Assembly (NCBI GenBank): GCA_963735595.1
Contig: CAVTLK010000005.1
Coordinates: 832,001 to 896,000, forward strand
Direction of reading: 5' to 3'
From: an uncultured delta proteobacterium
GTDB lineage: Bacteria; Desulfobacterota; Zymogenia; Zymogenales; Zymogenaceae
Length of the DNA: 64,000 nt
Each line of letters begins with the position of its first letter. Within the stretch, counting starts at the first letter, position 1. The notes below the pieces were generated by a model, which was not told the DNA's origin, made no database searches, and saw only the letters and a list, made by a program, of their open reading frames with translations. Positions 52,756-62,527 of this stretch are shown piece after piece. Both the position numbers and the translations under genes were made by a program.

Positions 52756-53052
52756 GGCAATCGATTGCCAATATTTCATACCGGTGACGGCCTGTCAAGA
52801 ACAAAATGCATAAGAGTATTAAATAATTACCTTATCATGACGAATTGTTGATGCGGTAATTATACCGTAAAAATTGATAATATCGGCAAACATGCCGTAT
52901 CATTACCGCAGTGCGAGGCGGAACGGATGAAATACGAAGGGAAACTGTCCGTTATCAGTGGGAATTCCCATAACCCGTCGCTCAAAAACGACTTAGGTAC
53001 CGGCAATACTGCCGATAATGCCCTTGACTACCGGTAAATTTTCCGGTACCGT
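52756..53052. promoter_or_regulatory. Divergent promoter region with repeated palindromic operators (putative NrpR sites)
   Basis: CGGYA-N4-TDCCG at 52854, 52884, 53001, 53032; GGCAATCGATTGCC at 52756; TTGACT-17-TACCGT (+) and TTGACA at 52798 (-). Confidence 0.75.
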
Positions 53053-53059
53053 TATATAC

Positions 53060-54073
53060 ATGAGCGAAAAAATGGAAAAGAAGAGACTTGCAGTCCTCCG
53101 GTTTCTGGCAGATTCCGACGGCCCCCAGTCGAGCCCCGCAATCGCCGAGCATCTGACGGCCTCCGGCCATGAGATGAGCGAGAGGACGATCCGCCTCTAT
53201 CTCCAGGAACTGGATGAAGAGGCGCTCACCGAAAACCACGGCAAGCGGGGCAGGACGATCACGGAGAAGGGGAAAGCCGAGTTGGCAAATGCCCGTGTTT
53301 ACGATAAGGTGGGGTATCTGGCGGCAAAGATAGACCGGATGATGTACCGGATGACTTTCAACCTCCGGGAGAGGGCGGGCACCGTCGTTATAAACCTCAG
53401 CATCATTTCGAAAGACATGCTGGCCACCGCCGTTCCGCTTCTTTCGAGCGTCTTTCAGGCGGGTTACTCGATGGGCAGTCTCGTCGGTTTATTCGGCCCT
53501 GGAGAGCGAATCGGGGAAGTGACCATTCCACAGGACGCCGTGGGTATCGGCACGGTCTGCTCGGTTACGGTCAACGGTGTGCTGCTTTCCGAGGGGATAC
53601 CGACGGTCTCCCGGTTCGGGGGTCTCCTGGAAATCAGGAGCGGTAAATATACCCGTTTCGTGGAGCTGATCCACTACGAGGGGACGACGCTTGACCCCCT
53701 CGAGGTCTTCATCCGCAGCCGCATGACCGACTATTTCGGCGCCACGACAACCGGAAGTGGAAGGATCGGCGCGAGTTTTCGGGAGGTCCCGGCCGAGAGC
53801 CGCGCCAGCGTTATCGATATATCGGAGCGGCTGGAACAGGCCGGCTTGAGCGGTTTCATCTCAATCGGGTGGCCGGGCCAGCCCCTCATGGAGATACCCG
53901 TCGGGGACGGGAGGATCGGCATCGTCGTTATCGGGGGTCTCAATCCCGTGGCGATCCTCGAGGAAAAGGGCATCCACGTCCAATTCACCGGGGCTCTGGC
54001 GGGTTTGCTGGACTACGGAGCGCTCTACCACTACCGGGAGATGGAGGACAGGGCCGGCGCGCTGTTACGATAG
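53060..54073 (+). CDS. nrpR: NrpR family nitrogen repressor (wHTH + single NRD/DUF128 domain)
   Basis: N-terminal SERTIRLYLQELD..GRTITEKG; GTVVINLS, GTVCSVTVNG, GTTLDPLEVFI, GGLNPVA. Confidence 0.88.
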   Translation: MSEKMEKKRLAVLRFLADSDGPQSSPAIAEHLTASGHEMSERTIRLYLQELDEEALTENHGKRGRTITEKGKAELANARVYDKVGYLAAKIDRMMYRMTFNLRERAGTVVINLSIISKDMLATAVPLLSSVFQAGYSMGSLVGLFGPGERIGEVTIPQDAVGIGTVCSVTVNGVLLSEGIPTVSRFGGLLEIRSGKYTRFVELIHYEGTTLDPLEVFIRSRMTDYFGATTTGSGRIGASFREVPAESRASVIDISERLEQAGLSGFISIGWPGQPLMEIPVGDGRIGIVVIGGLNPVAILEEKGIHVQFTGALAGLLDYGALYHYREMEDRAGALLR

Positions 54074-54160
54074 TCAGCCGCCGTTTGGCCGGGGGATTGC
54101 TCCGGTGGCGGTCAATTGATATTGCCCATCAAGGGTAAACGGTGTCTCAGGGGAGCCAGG

Positions 54161-55285
54161 ATGACGCGTATTTACGGCGATGCGAATCTCTCACTCTTTG
54201 CAGGCCCCAAGGCGCTCGGGCTGATCAGGAACGGAGGCTTTTCGGCATCCTCTGTCACGACGATCCTCGGGGCCGCGGGCGGCCCCAAATGGCTGGTGCT
54301 GGCCGGGCTTGACCGGGCGATCTTTTTTTCGTGGCTTATCCATTCTAAGACCCCGGTCAGGCTCGTCGGCTCGTCCATTGGAGCATGGCGGTTTGCCGCC
54401 ATTGCCCAGGGCGGGCGGGCTATCGCGGCCCATGAGGCGCTCGGGGAGGCCTACATCCATCAGCGTTATGACAGGAAACCCTCTGCCCAGGATATCACGG
54501 ATGAGGCCGTCAGGATCATGGATACCTACCTCACCGACGGCAGCGCGGGGTCGATATTGGCCAACCCCCGTTTTCTCCTTTCGGTCATTACGGCCCGGGG
54601 ACGCGGGCCGTTTTCTTCGGTCAGGCGGCCAGCCGTTGCCGCGGGTATGCTGTGTGCCGGAATCGCCAACGCGCTTTCCCGCAGCAACCTGGCCCGATTC
54701 TTCGTCCGGGTCATCTTTGCCGACCCCCGAAACGGCGGGCCGATGAGCGGGGCGGCGGGCTTCGCGCAGGATCCGATACCCACCGAATCGGTCGAGCTTA
54801 CCGCGGATAACCTGCGTGGCGCCGTCCTTGCCTCAGGATCGATCCCGGTGGTCATGTCGCCGACAACCGGCATTGCCGGGGCCGCGCCGGGCCTCTATTG
54901 GGACGGCGGGCTGGTCGACTACCACGTCACGATCCCCGATTCACCGATGCGGGCCGGGGAGGGAATTGTCCTGTTTCCCCACTACGTTGACCGGATCATA
55001 CCGGGATGGTTCGATAAACACCTCCCGCGGCGCAGCCCGAAATCCTCGGCGCTTGACCGGTTGCTGCTGGTCGCCCCCTCGCGCGAGTTCGTCGGGTGTC
55101 TTCCCTACGGCAAGATACCCGACCGGGCGGACTTTAAATTATTGGCAGGCCGCGACAGGGACCGAATTGCCTATTGGGAAAAGACGGCGGCCGAAAGCGA
55201 GCGGCTGGGAGACGAGTTCCTGGAGATGGTGGAGTCCGGAAAGATCAGGGAGCGGGTAAGGCCCTTCCCGACGCCCGGGGCGTGA
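54161..55285 (+). CDS. Patatin-like phospholipase family protein
   Basis: GAAGGPKW, GSSIG, ASGSIP, DGG. Confidence 0.85.
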   Translation: MTRIYGDANLSLFAGPKALGLIRNGGFSASSVTTILGAAGGPKWLVLAGLDRAIFFSWLIHSKTPVRLVGSSIGAWRFAAIAQGGRAIAAHEALGEAYIHQRYDRKPSAQDITDEAVRIMDTYLTDGSAGSILANPRFLLSVITARGRGPFSSVRRPAVAAGMLCAGIANALSRSNLARFFVRVIFADPRNGGPMSGAAGFAQDPIPTESVELTADNLRGAVLASGSIPVVMSPTTGIAGAAPGLYWDGGLVDYHVTIPDSPMRAGEGIVLFPHYVDRIIPGWFDKHLPRRSPKSSALDRLLLVAPSREFVGCLPYGKIPDRADFKLLAGRDRDRIAYWEKTAAESERLGDEFLEMVESGKIRERVRPFPTPGA

Positions 55286-55365
55286 GCCGGGGAGGTTCGG
55301 GTGTCGGAGGAAGGCGACGGGGTTTGCTATCAACAATGTATCAGCTTCGGCACGGAGGTGTTATC

Positions 55366-55698
55366 ATGAAAAAAAGAACAATGGCGGCGGTCTTCGTTCT
55401 CGTATGCGGGCTGCTGATTGGGCTTTGTCTTACGGCGGCCGCGCAGGAAGGGGTGGAAATACCCGGCACCTACAGCGGATATTTATTCTGTAAATTGGAC
55501 AATATCGGGACGAAGTCCGAGGGGCGGAGCTACTATCTCCAGCAGTGGGACGACAGCGAGGTTCATATCATTAAGGACGGAATTTTATGGCAGAGCGACC
55601 CTCAGCTGGACGAGCACCTGAACACAAAGGTGACGATAACCGGGACGATGGAAGGCGGGCAGCTGCGGTACACGAAGATCGAGCCTTTCAGGTATTGA
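55366..55698 (+). CDS. Small secreted hypothetical protein
   Basis: GGAGG Shine-Dalgarno, signal peptide ending AAA-Q, beta-rich body. Confidence 0.75.
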   Translation: MKKRTMAAVFVLVCGLLIGLCLTAAAQEGVEIPGTYSGYLFCKLDNIGTKSEGRSYYLQQWDDSEVHIIKDGILWQSDPQLDEHLNTKVTITGTMEGGQLRYTKIEPFRY

Positions 55699-55870
55699 GA
55701 TGCGCTCAAAATGAAGTCCTCGCTCATGCTTCCCTTCAACCCCGGCGATCATTAAGCCGGGCGTAATTACGGCAGCTTTGACTGACACTTCGGCAGGGAT
55801 CGCGCCATCGCGTAAGTCCCTGTTCGCCCCCGCATAGTCGGGCAACAGGACGCGGGGCAGCCAATCATGC

Positions 55871-55957
55871 TCAGGCTACGGTCACGTACAGCAGGATCCC
55901 CGTCACCACGAGCATAGCGACGATCGTGATCCAGTCGTTGAATTCGCTTTCTTTCAT
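55871..55957 (-). CDS. 28-aa hydrophobic small protein, copy 1
   Basis: MKESEFNDWITIVAMLVVTGILLYVTVA; AAGGAG Shine-Dalgarno; paralog at 56696-56782. Confidence 0.78.
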   Translation of the reverse strand: MKESEFNDWITIVAMLVVTGILLYVTVA

Positions 55958-56474
55958 TGTTCTGCTCCTTGCCCTTACGGTTTAGACAGTACTGATACTT
56001 CACGTGTTCCCTTGATACCTAATATATAGCAATCTCCGTGCCATTATTAGGAAGTTCTTACTTTTTAATAGTGCCGGCCGGCCGTACAAATCTCCCACAT
56101 TCTGCGACCTCCTTAGCATTCTGATAAGATAATCGCACGCAAAACCGCGCCGCAGCCGCATGAATCCAGGATACGTTGCACATGCGAACGGATTGATAGG
56201 GCGAAAAGGAACAGCATTACCGTTTGTTACAATTAGCAGACTATGGTTAATATATCAGTAATATCGTATATATGACAATGGACGAGATATGCATTAGTGT
56301 ATGCTGGATTCCTCATGTTTCATTGTTGTTGCACGCGAGAGACAGATGCAACGGCATCATCAGAGGTGGTCTTATCCCCCGGGCAGGAAAAAGAACTGCC
56401 GCGGCAAAGCATTGCCTCGAAAGGGACCTCAAATAGAGGCGGTGTTTGGTAGGTTGGATGAGTCTTACGCCGGT

Positions 56475-56527
56475 ATGGAAGAAGGCGGGCAACTGCGGTA
56501 TACGAAGATCGAGCCGTTCAGGTTTGA
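56475..56527 (+). repeat. Degenerate copy of the 3' end of the 55366-55698 gene
   Basis: EGGQLRYTKIEPFR is encoded at both 55651-55692 and 56481-56522. Confidence 0.85.
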
Positions 56528-56617
56528 AACCGCCGGCCAGATAAATTTTAGGCCAACGTGGGGTCGGGACCCTATCGAACTTTCAAACGGGGTCGTGCGC
56601 ACCGGCCACTGTTGCCG

Positions 56618-56653
56618 AACAGGGATTCACGCGGGCGCGTGAATCCCTGTTTT
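56618..56653 (+). terminator. Strong hairpin with T-tail
   Basis: AACAGGGATTCACGCG-GG-CGCGTGAATCCCTGTT extended by further T residues. Confidence 0.7.
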
Positions 56654-56695
56654 CATTCAACAAATCGGCGGGCCGCCGGGGCGGCCGATCATTTC

Positions 56696-56782
56696 TTAAA
56701 TTACAGTCACGTAGAGCAAGATACCCGTCACCATGAGCATGGAGGCGAGCATGACCCAGTCGGTGAATTCTCCTTCTTTCAT
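56696..56782 (-). CDS. 28-aa hydrophobic small protein, copy 2
   Basis: MKEGEFTDWVMLASMLMVTGILLYVTVI; AGGAGG Shine-Dalgarno. Confidence 0.78.
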   Translation of the reverse strand: MKEGEFTDWVMLASMLMVTGILLYVTVI

Positions 56783-57108
56783 TTCCATCCTCCTTTCTGC
56801 TACCGTATAGACAACGCCCGAGCCGTGTGTGTTCCGCAATTTTTTGCCGGACGGTAGACGTTTTGTAAATTAAGTGATCCTAATATTTAGATGCAAGCAT
56901 ACCGCACAAGGCTCTAATTATTTGTGACGTTCTTCACAATGTTATTAGTTTTCATAAGAAAAGGGAGGCGAGTTTTGGGTCCGAACCGACGCGGACGAGG
57001 GGACTGCGGAAGAGACGGCGTTAGGCCGGTGGGACCGCCGCCTGGCTTGCCGCGGCGGCGGCCGCAATTCGAATCCGGTCCTGACTGCTGTTTACCGGGG
57101 GCCTATCG

Positions 57109-58365
57109 TTACCGATCGCCCAGCTCTTTCCCGATCCATCCGATGATTTCATCGATATGCGCCAGGATAAACGTGGGCTTGTGGCGGCCGCCGGGAATGA
57201 TGTTATTCCCGGGAAAGACCGCGGCACCGTGAGCAGTGAGCCGCGGGGCTATGACCGGGACATGGCCGTCGAGGTTAAAATCGTCTTCCGACCCAACGAT
57301 GAGGTAGTAGCGCTGGCCGGAGAGGTCCATGTCCCCGCCGTCAAGCAATTCCACCGGGTTGACCGCCGAGAGCCGCTCCCAAACCGGCCGATCTTCGGAC
57401 CATACGGGGCCGGGGGTCTTATCGCTGTCAAAGACGGGATAGTAGAGCCAGTATTCCGTTACGCCGAGGAAACCCCTGCCGGCCGCGGCGTTGACGATGC
57501 GCCGGGGGTTGTCGACGTCTATCAGCGCGTAGCCCGCGGGGTCAAAATCGGCGAGCTTATCGCCCCCTATCCCGTAGCGCAGGTCGGCGGCGGGGTAGAT
57601 GGGGACCAGGACGTGAGAAAACGACGGGTGGGTCACCCCGTAGTAGAGGACCCCGTATCCGCCCATGGACGCGCCCATGAGGACGACCCCATCCGGGTCG
57701 GTGCGCACGTTGAACGACGAGGCGATAAACGGGACGATCTCCCCAAAGAAGTGATCCTCGAACCTCCCGAGGTTGCTGTTGATGTAAAAGTTCCCGGAGC
57801 GGTCGTCAAACCAGGTGGCCGGGTCGTCGGTCCCGCTACCCGAAACGGAAAAATCGGGCATTACCACGACGACGGGTTCGATCGTGCCCGCCGCTATCGC
57901 GGCCTCCAGGGGGGCGATGACCTCATGTGCCCACGTCTGCGGCCGGCTGGCGTAGCCGTGCAGGGCCCAGATGACCGGGTAGGCGGCGTCCCTCTTGTCG
58001 TATCCGTCGTATCCGGGGGGGAGCCACACCAGGAGTGTGCGATCTTCTTTCAGGATATCGCTGTGAAAGGGGGCCTCGTATTTCACGGAGGAGCCGTCGG
58101 GCCGGGCGGGGTCGTCGCCCACGAAGGCGACCAGTGTTCCCGCCCCCGTATAGACGGGCCTGGTCGATTCCCAGGGGCTGCCCATGTTGATGACCGAAAG
58201 GGGCAGCGGCAGCGGGCCCGCCTTCCACGCGTAGATGCTACACGCGGCCACAGCGGCGGCACAGATGACCGCCATGGTGAGAACGCCCCTCATCAGGCAG
58301 GACGTACAGGAATGCTTGCGGGTCTTTTTGACGGCTTTGGGCTGTTTACGCGTTCTTTTGGCCAT
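57109..58365 (-). CDS. Membrane-anchored putative esterase (alpha/beta hydrolase)
   Basis: VWLPPGY, YPVIWALHG, GASMGG, GGRH. Confidence 0.85.
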   Translation of the reverse strand: MAKRTRKQPKAVKKTRKHSCTSCLMRGVLTMAVICAAAVAACSIYAWKAGPLPLPLSVINMGSPWESTRPVYTGAGTLVAFVGDDPARPDGSSVKYEAPFHSDILKEDRTLLVWLPPGYDGYDKRDAAYPVIWALHGYASRPQTWAHEVIAPLEAAIAAGTIEPVVVVMPDFSVSGSGTDDPATWFDDRSGNFYINSNLGRFEDHFFGEIVPFIASSFNVRTDPDGVVLMGASMGGYGVLYYGVTHPSFSHVLVPIYPAADLRYGIGGDKLADFDPAGYALIDVDNPRRIVNAAAGRGFLGVTEYWLYYPVFDSDKTPGPVWSEDRPVWERLSAVNPVELLDGGDMDLSGQRYYLIVGSEDDFNLDGHVPVIAPRLTAHGAAVFPGNNIIPGGRHKPTFILAHIDEIIGWIGKELGDR

Positions 58366-58419
58366 GACGTGCTCCTTTACTCCGGGGTCTTGAGGCTTGC
58401 ATGCGCCCCTGCACCCGAC

Positions 58420-58898
58420 CTATACTCGATATTTCTTTCCCGTCATCTCCTCGATTTCAATTCTCACCACGGCGGTGATATTCACGATCTTCTCGTTCAA
58501 TGTAAACGAGGAGGGGTCCATGTTCGGCGCAACGCCCGCCATGAGGACCAGCAGTCCCTCACGCTTCTCGTCGGCGTCGGTGAGCAGCACCGCCCTGCCG
58601 CGTCCGATCACCGAGCGGTAGGCCACTCCCACTCGCAGGCATCCGCGGGATTAGCCGGGGCAACGACGGCCACGTCGGTCTCGGCTTCGAACGATACGGC
58701 CGGGTCCTTCTCGATCAGCTCCATCTTCTTTCCCTCGTACGAGCAGTGGAAGTAGATCGCGCCGTCCTTGTATCCGAAGTTGACCGGGACGATATAGGGC
58801 GGGGCTCCCGCTCGTTGATCCCCAGGCGGAGTTTTCGCTGTTTTCAGTACCGTTTCCAGCTCGTGCCTGTCGGTGATCTCGCGCTCTTTCTTTCTCAT
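58420..58898 (-). CDS. Pyridoxamine 5'-phosphate oxidase-like (NimA-like) flavin-binding protein (frameshifted)
   Basis: MRKKEREITD, PYIVPVNFGY, YFHCS..GKK, YRSVIGRG, MTGK. Confidence 0.85.
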
Positions 58899-58929
58899 GT
58901 CTCTGGTGTATCCTTACGGGGAAACCCGT

Positions 58930-60351
58930 GTCTCATACGGCTGCCTGTATTCTTACCGCCGCATGGTGAAATACGCTTCTCTGCCTCCCAGCGTCGTCTT
59001 CAGGACATCGGGCCCGAGCGTTACGTCTCCCGCGACGCCGTAGTGAACCGGGACGTATGCTTTCGTGCAGTCGGGGCACGGGACGGGCGGGCCGATCTCG
59101 AAGGACGGGTACTCGGGATGAAAACGCGTTGAGCTCGAGAACCGAGCCGCCGGTGAACGAAAAAGGGCTGCCTTCTGTTTCCGGCAGGGGCAGGTACGTG
59201 GATCATCGTCCCCGTGCCGCCGACAAGGGCCGTGTTAAACGGGCCGGTACGACGGAAGCGGGGTAGAAGCGCGATCAGATCGCCGGCCGGGGTGATCGGC
59301 CTCCACGTACTTGTCGTTCAGGATCTACCGGTCTTTGATCGTGCGGCCGGAAGACGAGGATGGTCGAAATGCCCCGGTGCGCCGTTCGCCTGGTACGCAT
59401 CGAGCTCGGAGATACAGGATGATCACGGTTGGTCTCGTGTCACGACGTCGGTGGAAAACGACGTCAGGATCGAGTCGGCAAGCCCCGGCGCGACGGATCG
59501 GAAAGCGGGAAGTCGGACCGGTCGACGACGCCAGTCGGGGAAGACCGAGAACAGGGTCAGCGTCGTGATCGTCGAAGACGGCCAGGGAGAGTCGGTCGGG
59601 CCGCCGCCGACCGTACGGCGAGCTTCACGGGGCGTTGCCACGATGCGGCGTCCCACAAGAAGATCGACGGGGGCGTCTCCGATATCGTCCGCCGTGGGCG
59701 TGCCGTCGATCGGGTGTCGAGATACCTGACCTCGCAGGCGGCAAGTATCGACCCCTGCATCGACCCCGAAGAGGATGAAGGCCCCGTCATCGGCAGAGGA
59801 ATATCTTCTGAGACCGTGGGCGTTCACGCTCGTCGGGAAACGAGAAGAAGGTGACGTCTTGAACGAAGTCGAAAAGGGCCTGAAAGGGCGTCCATCGGAC
59901 AGTTCGGCGAATTCGTCTGGCCCGATCGAAAGGCGAAGAGACGACGGGGGGATCGTCGATGACGCGGACGGCGATTTGCGTATTTCCGTAGAGGGTGGTC
60001 GAGCCCCACCGTATGGTCACCGGGCGACGCCGAAATACGGAATACATGGTGGTTACCGCCGTCGGAGCGGGCATACGGGACGCCGTCCAGGGAAAGCTCC
60101 ACGAGACATGGGTCCATGCCAACGCGGGACACCCGGGTGCCGAGGAAGAGCAATGTATTGGTCTCGATCCCGAATGACCATTTCGCGGCGACCGCCAGTA
60201 CCGAGAATTCCGTCGGTACGACGGCGTCCGGCGCGGGATAAAGGATTTCGAGGTACGAGCCGGGGAGGATCGGCTGGATGCAGCCGACGGCGACAAGAAT
60301 GATGAGGAAGCAGATGATGGCGATGAGGCCGATGAGGACTACTTTTTTCAT
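58930..60351 (-). CDS. Hypothetical exported/lipoprotein, heavily frameshifted (3' end uncertain)
   Basis: MKKVVLIGLIAIIC...AVGC signal; downstream sequence looks coding but is fragmented. Confidence 0.45.
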
Positions 60352-60470
60352 AGTGTCATCCCTTATAAGTGATTTCGCCGAATCATACCCCATCGAAAAC
60401 AAAAAACAAATAGAAAAGGAGGGATTACCGGCGGAATAAAGGTATTGGTGAACGGCAGGTAATACGCATT

Positions 60471-60501
60471 AAAAAGGGGGAGCCGAAAGGCTCCCCCTTT
60501 T
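60471..60501. terminator. Bidirectional intrinsic terminator
   Basis: AAAAAGGGGGAGCC-GAAA-GGCTCCCCCTTTT. Confidence 0.85.
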
Positions 60502-60521
60502 GCATCAGAACATGAGCGCTC

Positions 60522-62367
60522 TTAGAACGCGAAACTCTGGTCGGCTATCTCGAGGTAGGCGTCTTCCTCGGATTTGAGCTGCGCGACCTTGCCCTTGGTG
60601 CGGGGCAGGATGTTTCCGATGTAGAACTTGGCGGCGTTGACCTTGCCGGCGTAAAACGCCGTCTCGACGCTGTCGTCCACCTTCTTGGCCAGTTCGTCGC
60701 CCTTGAGCCCGCCGAGCTTCGGGTAGGCGATGTTCATCTGCCACAGGAGCTGCCAGCCTATGACGAGGTCGCCCATCAGCTCCATGAGCGGGACGGCGTT
60801 GCCGAAGATGACGCCCATCTTGCCCTTGCCCAGGAGGCCCTGCTGGAAGGCAACGGCGTCTTCCATGCCGGCCATTGCTTCCTTGACCGCCGCGGCATAG
60901 GGTTTGAGGTCGGCGATCTTGTCGGCGGCGTCCGTTACCTTCTTGACCTCTTCCTTGAAGAAGGCGAAGTTGACCAGCCCGTTGAGGAGCATCTTGCGGA
61001 AGGTGAAGTCCATGGCCTGGATGCCGTTGGTGCCCTCATAGAGGGACGCAATCTTGCAGTCGCGAGCGTACTGCTCCACGGGGTAGTCCCGCGTGAAGCC
61101 GTAGCCGCCGTAGACCTGGATCGCCTGGCCGGTGATGTCCCAGACCATGTCGGTCTCGTAGCCCTTGCAGATGGGGATGAGCAGGTCCAGGAGCCCCTGC
61201 CAGCGGTCCTTCTCCGCGCCCTCGGTGGTCTCGACGTTATCGATGCAGTATCCCATGTAATACTGGAGGCCGCGCATCCCCTCGACGTAAGCCTTCATGC
61301 GGGTGAGCATGCGGCGCACGTCCGGGTGCTGGATGATCGGAACGCCCTGTGCTGTCCTTCTCCTGCATCTTGGTGTAATGGACGCCCTGGACGCGCTCCT
61401 TGGCGTATTTGACGGCGTGCAGGTAGGCCGCCGAGCTCGTGGACAGGCCCTGGAGGCCGACGAACATGCGCTCCTCGTTCATCATCATGAACATGATCTT
61501 CATGCCCTTCATCCGGTCGCCGAGCATCCAGCCCACGCATTTGCCGTTGTCGCCGAAAACCAGCGAGGTGGTCGGGGAGCCGTGGATGCCCATCTTCTCC
61601 TCGATGCCGGCGCAGTAGAGGTCGTTGGGCGCTCCGGGCGTCCCGTCGGCCTTGGGGAGGAATTTGGGGACGATGAAGATCGAGATGCCCTTGGTTCCCG
61701 GCGGGTCGCCTTCGATGCGGGCCAGCACCATGTGGATGATGTTCTCGGAAAGGTCATGCTCGCCGGAGGTGATAAAGGTCTTGTTGCCGACAATGGAGTA
61801 TGTCCCGTCGGGGTTCGGGGTGGCCTTGGTCTTGAGCGCCCCCACCTCAGAGCCGGCGCCCGGCTCCGTGAGGCACATGGTGCCCAGCCACTGTCCCTCG
61901 TACATCTTGTAGAGATAGGTATTTTTCTGCTCCTCGGTCCCGAAGACCTCGATCATCCGGGCCGACCCGTGGGAAAGCCCCGGGAAAGCCACGAAGGCGA
62001 AGTTTGAGCCGACGAAGATCTCCATACACGACATATAGAGGGAATAAGGCAGGCCCTGTCCGCCGACTTCGGGATTTTCGGCCATGGCGATCCATCCGCC
62101 CGCCTTGTACGCCTCCAGTGCCTTCTTGAAGCTCGGCGGGGTCGTGACGCTCTTGGTCTTGGGGTCGTAGACGGCGCCGATCTTATCGCTCTCGACATAG
62201 GTGGGCTCGATATAGTTGACGGCCATCTTCTCGGCCTCGTCCAGCACCATCTCGAAGACGTCTTTGCTGTGGTCGGCGTACCTTGGCCGCTCGCAGAGCT
62301 TATCGATGCCCAGCTGCTCGTAGAGGACGAATCGGGCGTCCCGCATATCCATGATAAGGTTGCTCAT
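60522..62367 (-). CDS. Acyl-CoA dehydrogenase, long form of about 600 aa (frameshift near 61345)
   Basis: GTMCLTEPGAGS, GNKTFITSGEHD, EEKMGIHGSPT, YAKERVQG, QVYGGYG, LYEGTNGIQAMD. Confidence 0.93.
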
Positions 62368-62509
62368 CTCTCATCACTCCTAAAAATAGATAGTATTGGC
62401 TTAAAGGATTTCCCGGTACGCGCCGCGTTCGTGCCGACGGCGGCTTACCGGGAACGATCACCACCACGGAGGGAAGGGCGCCGCAGGGCTGTCGGCCGTG
62501 CCCGATCCA

Positions 62510-62527
62510 TGAATGAATGGTCATTCA
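62510..62527. promoter_or_regulatory. TetR-type FadR-like operator upstream of the acyl-CoA dehydrogenase
   Basis: TGAATGA-ATGG-TCATTCA palindrome; TTGACA on the minus strand at about 62570. Confidence 0.7.

Noticed and set aside
57157..58755. Long plus-strand ORF of 532 aa (and similar ones such as 50105-51478 and 21952-23178)
   Set aside because: Antisense shadows of well-supported minus-strand genes, typical of high-GC codon bias; no recognisable motifs
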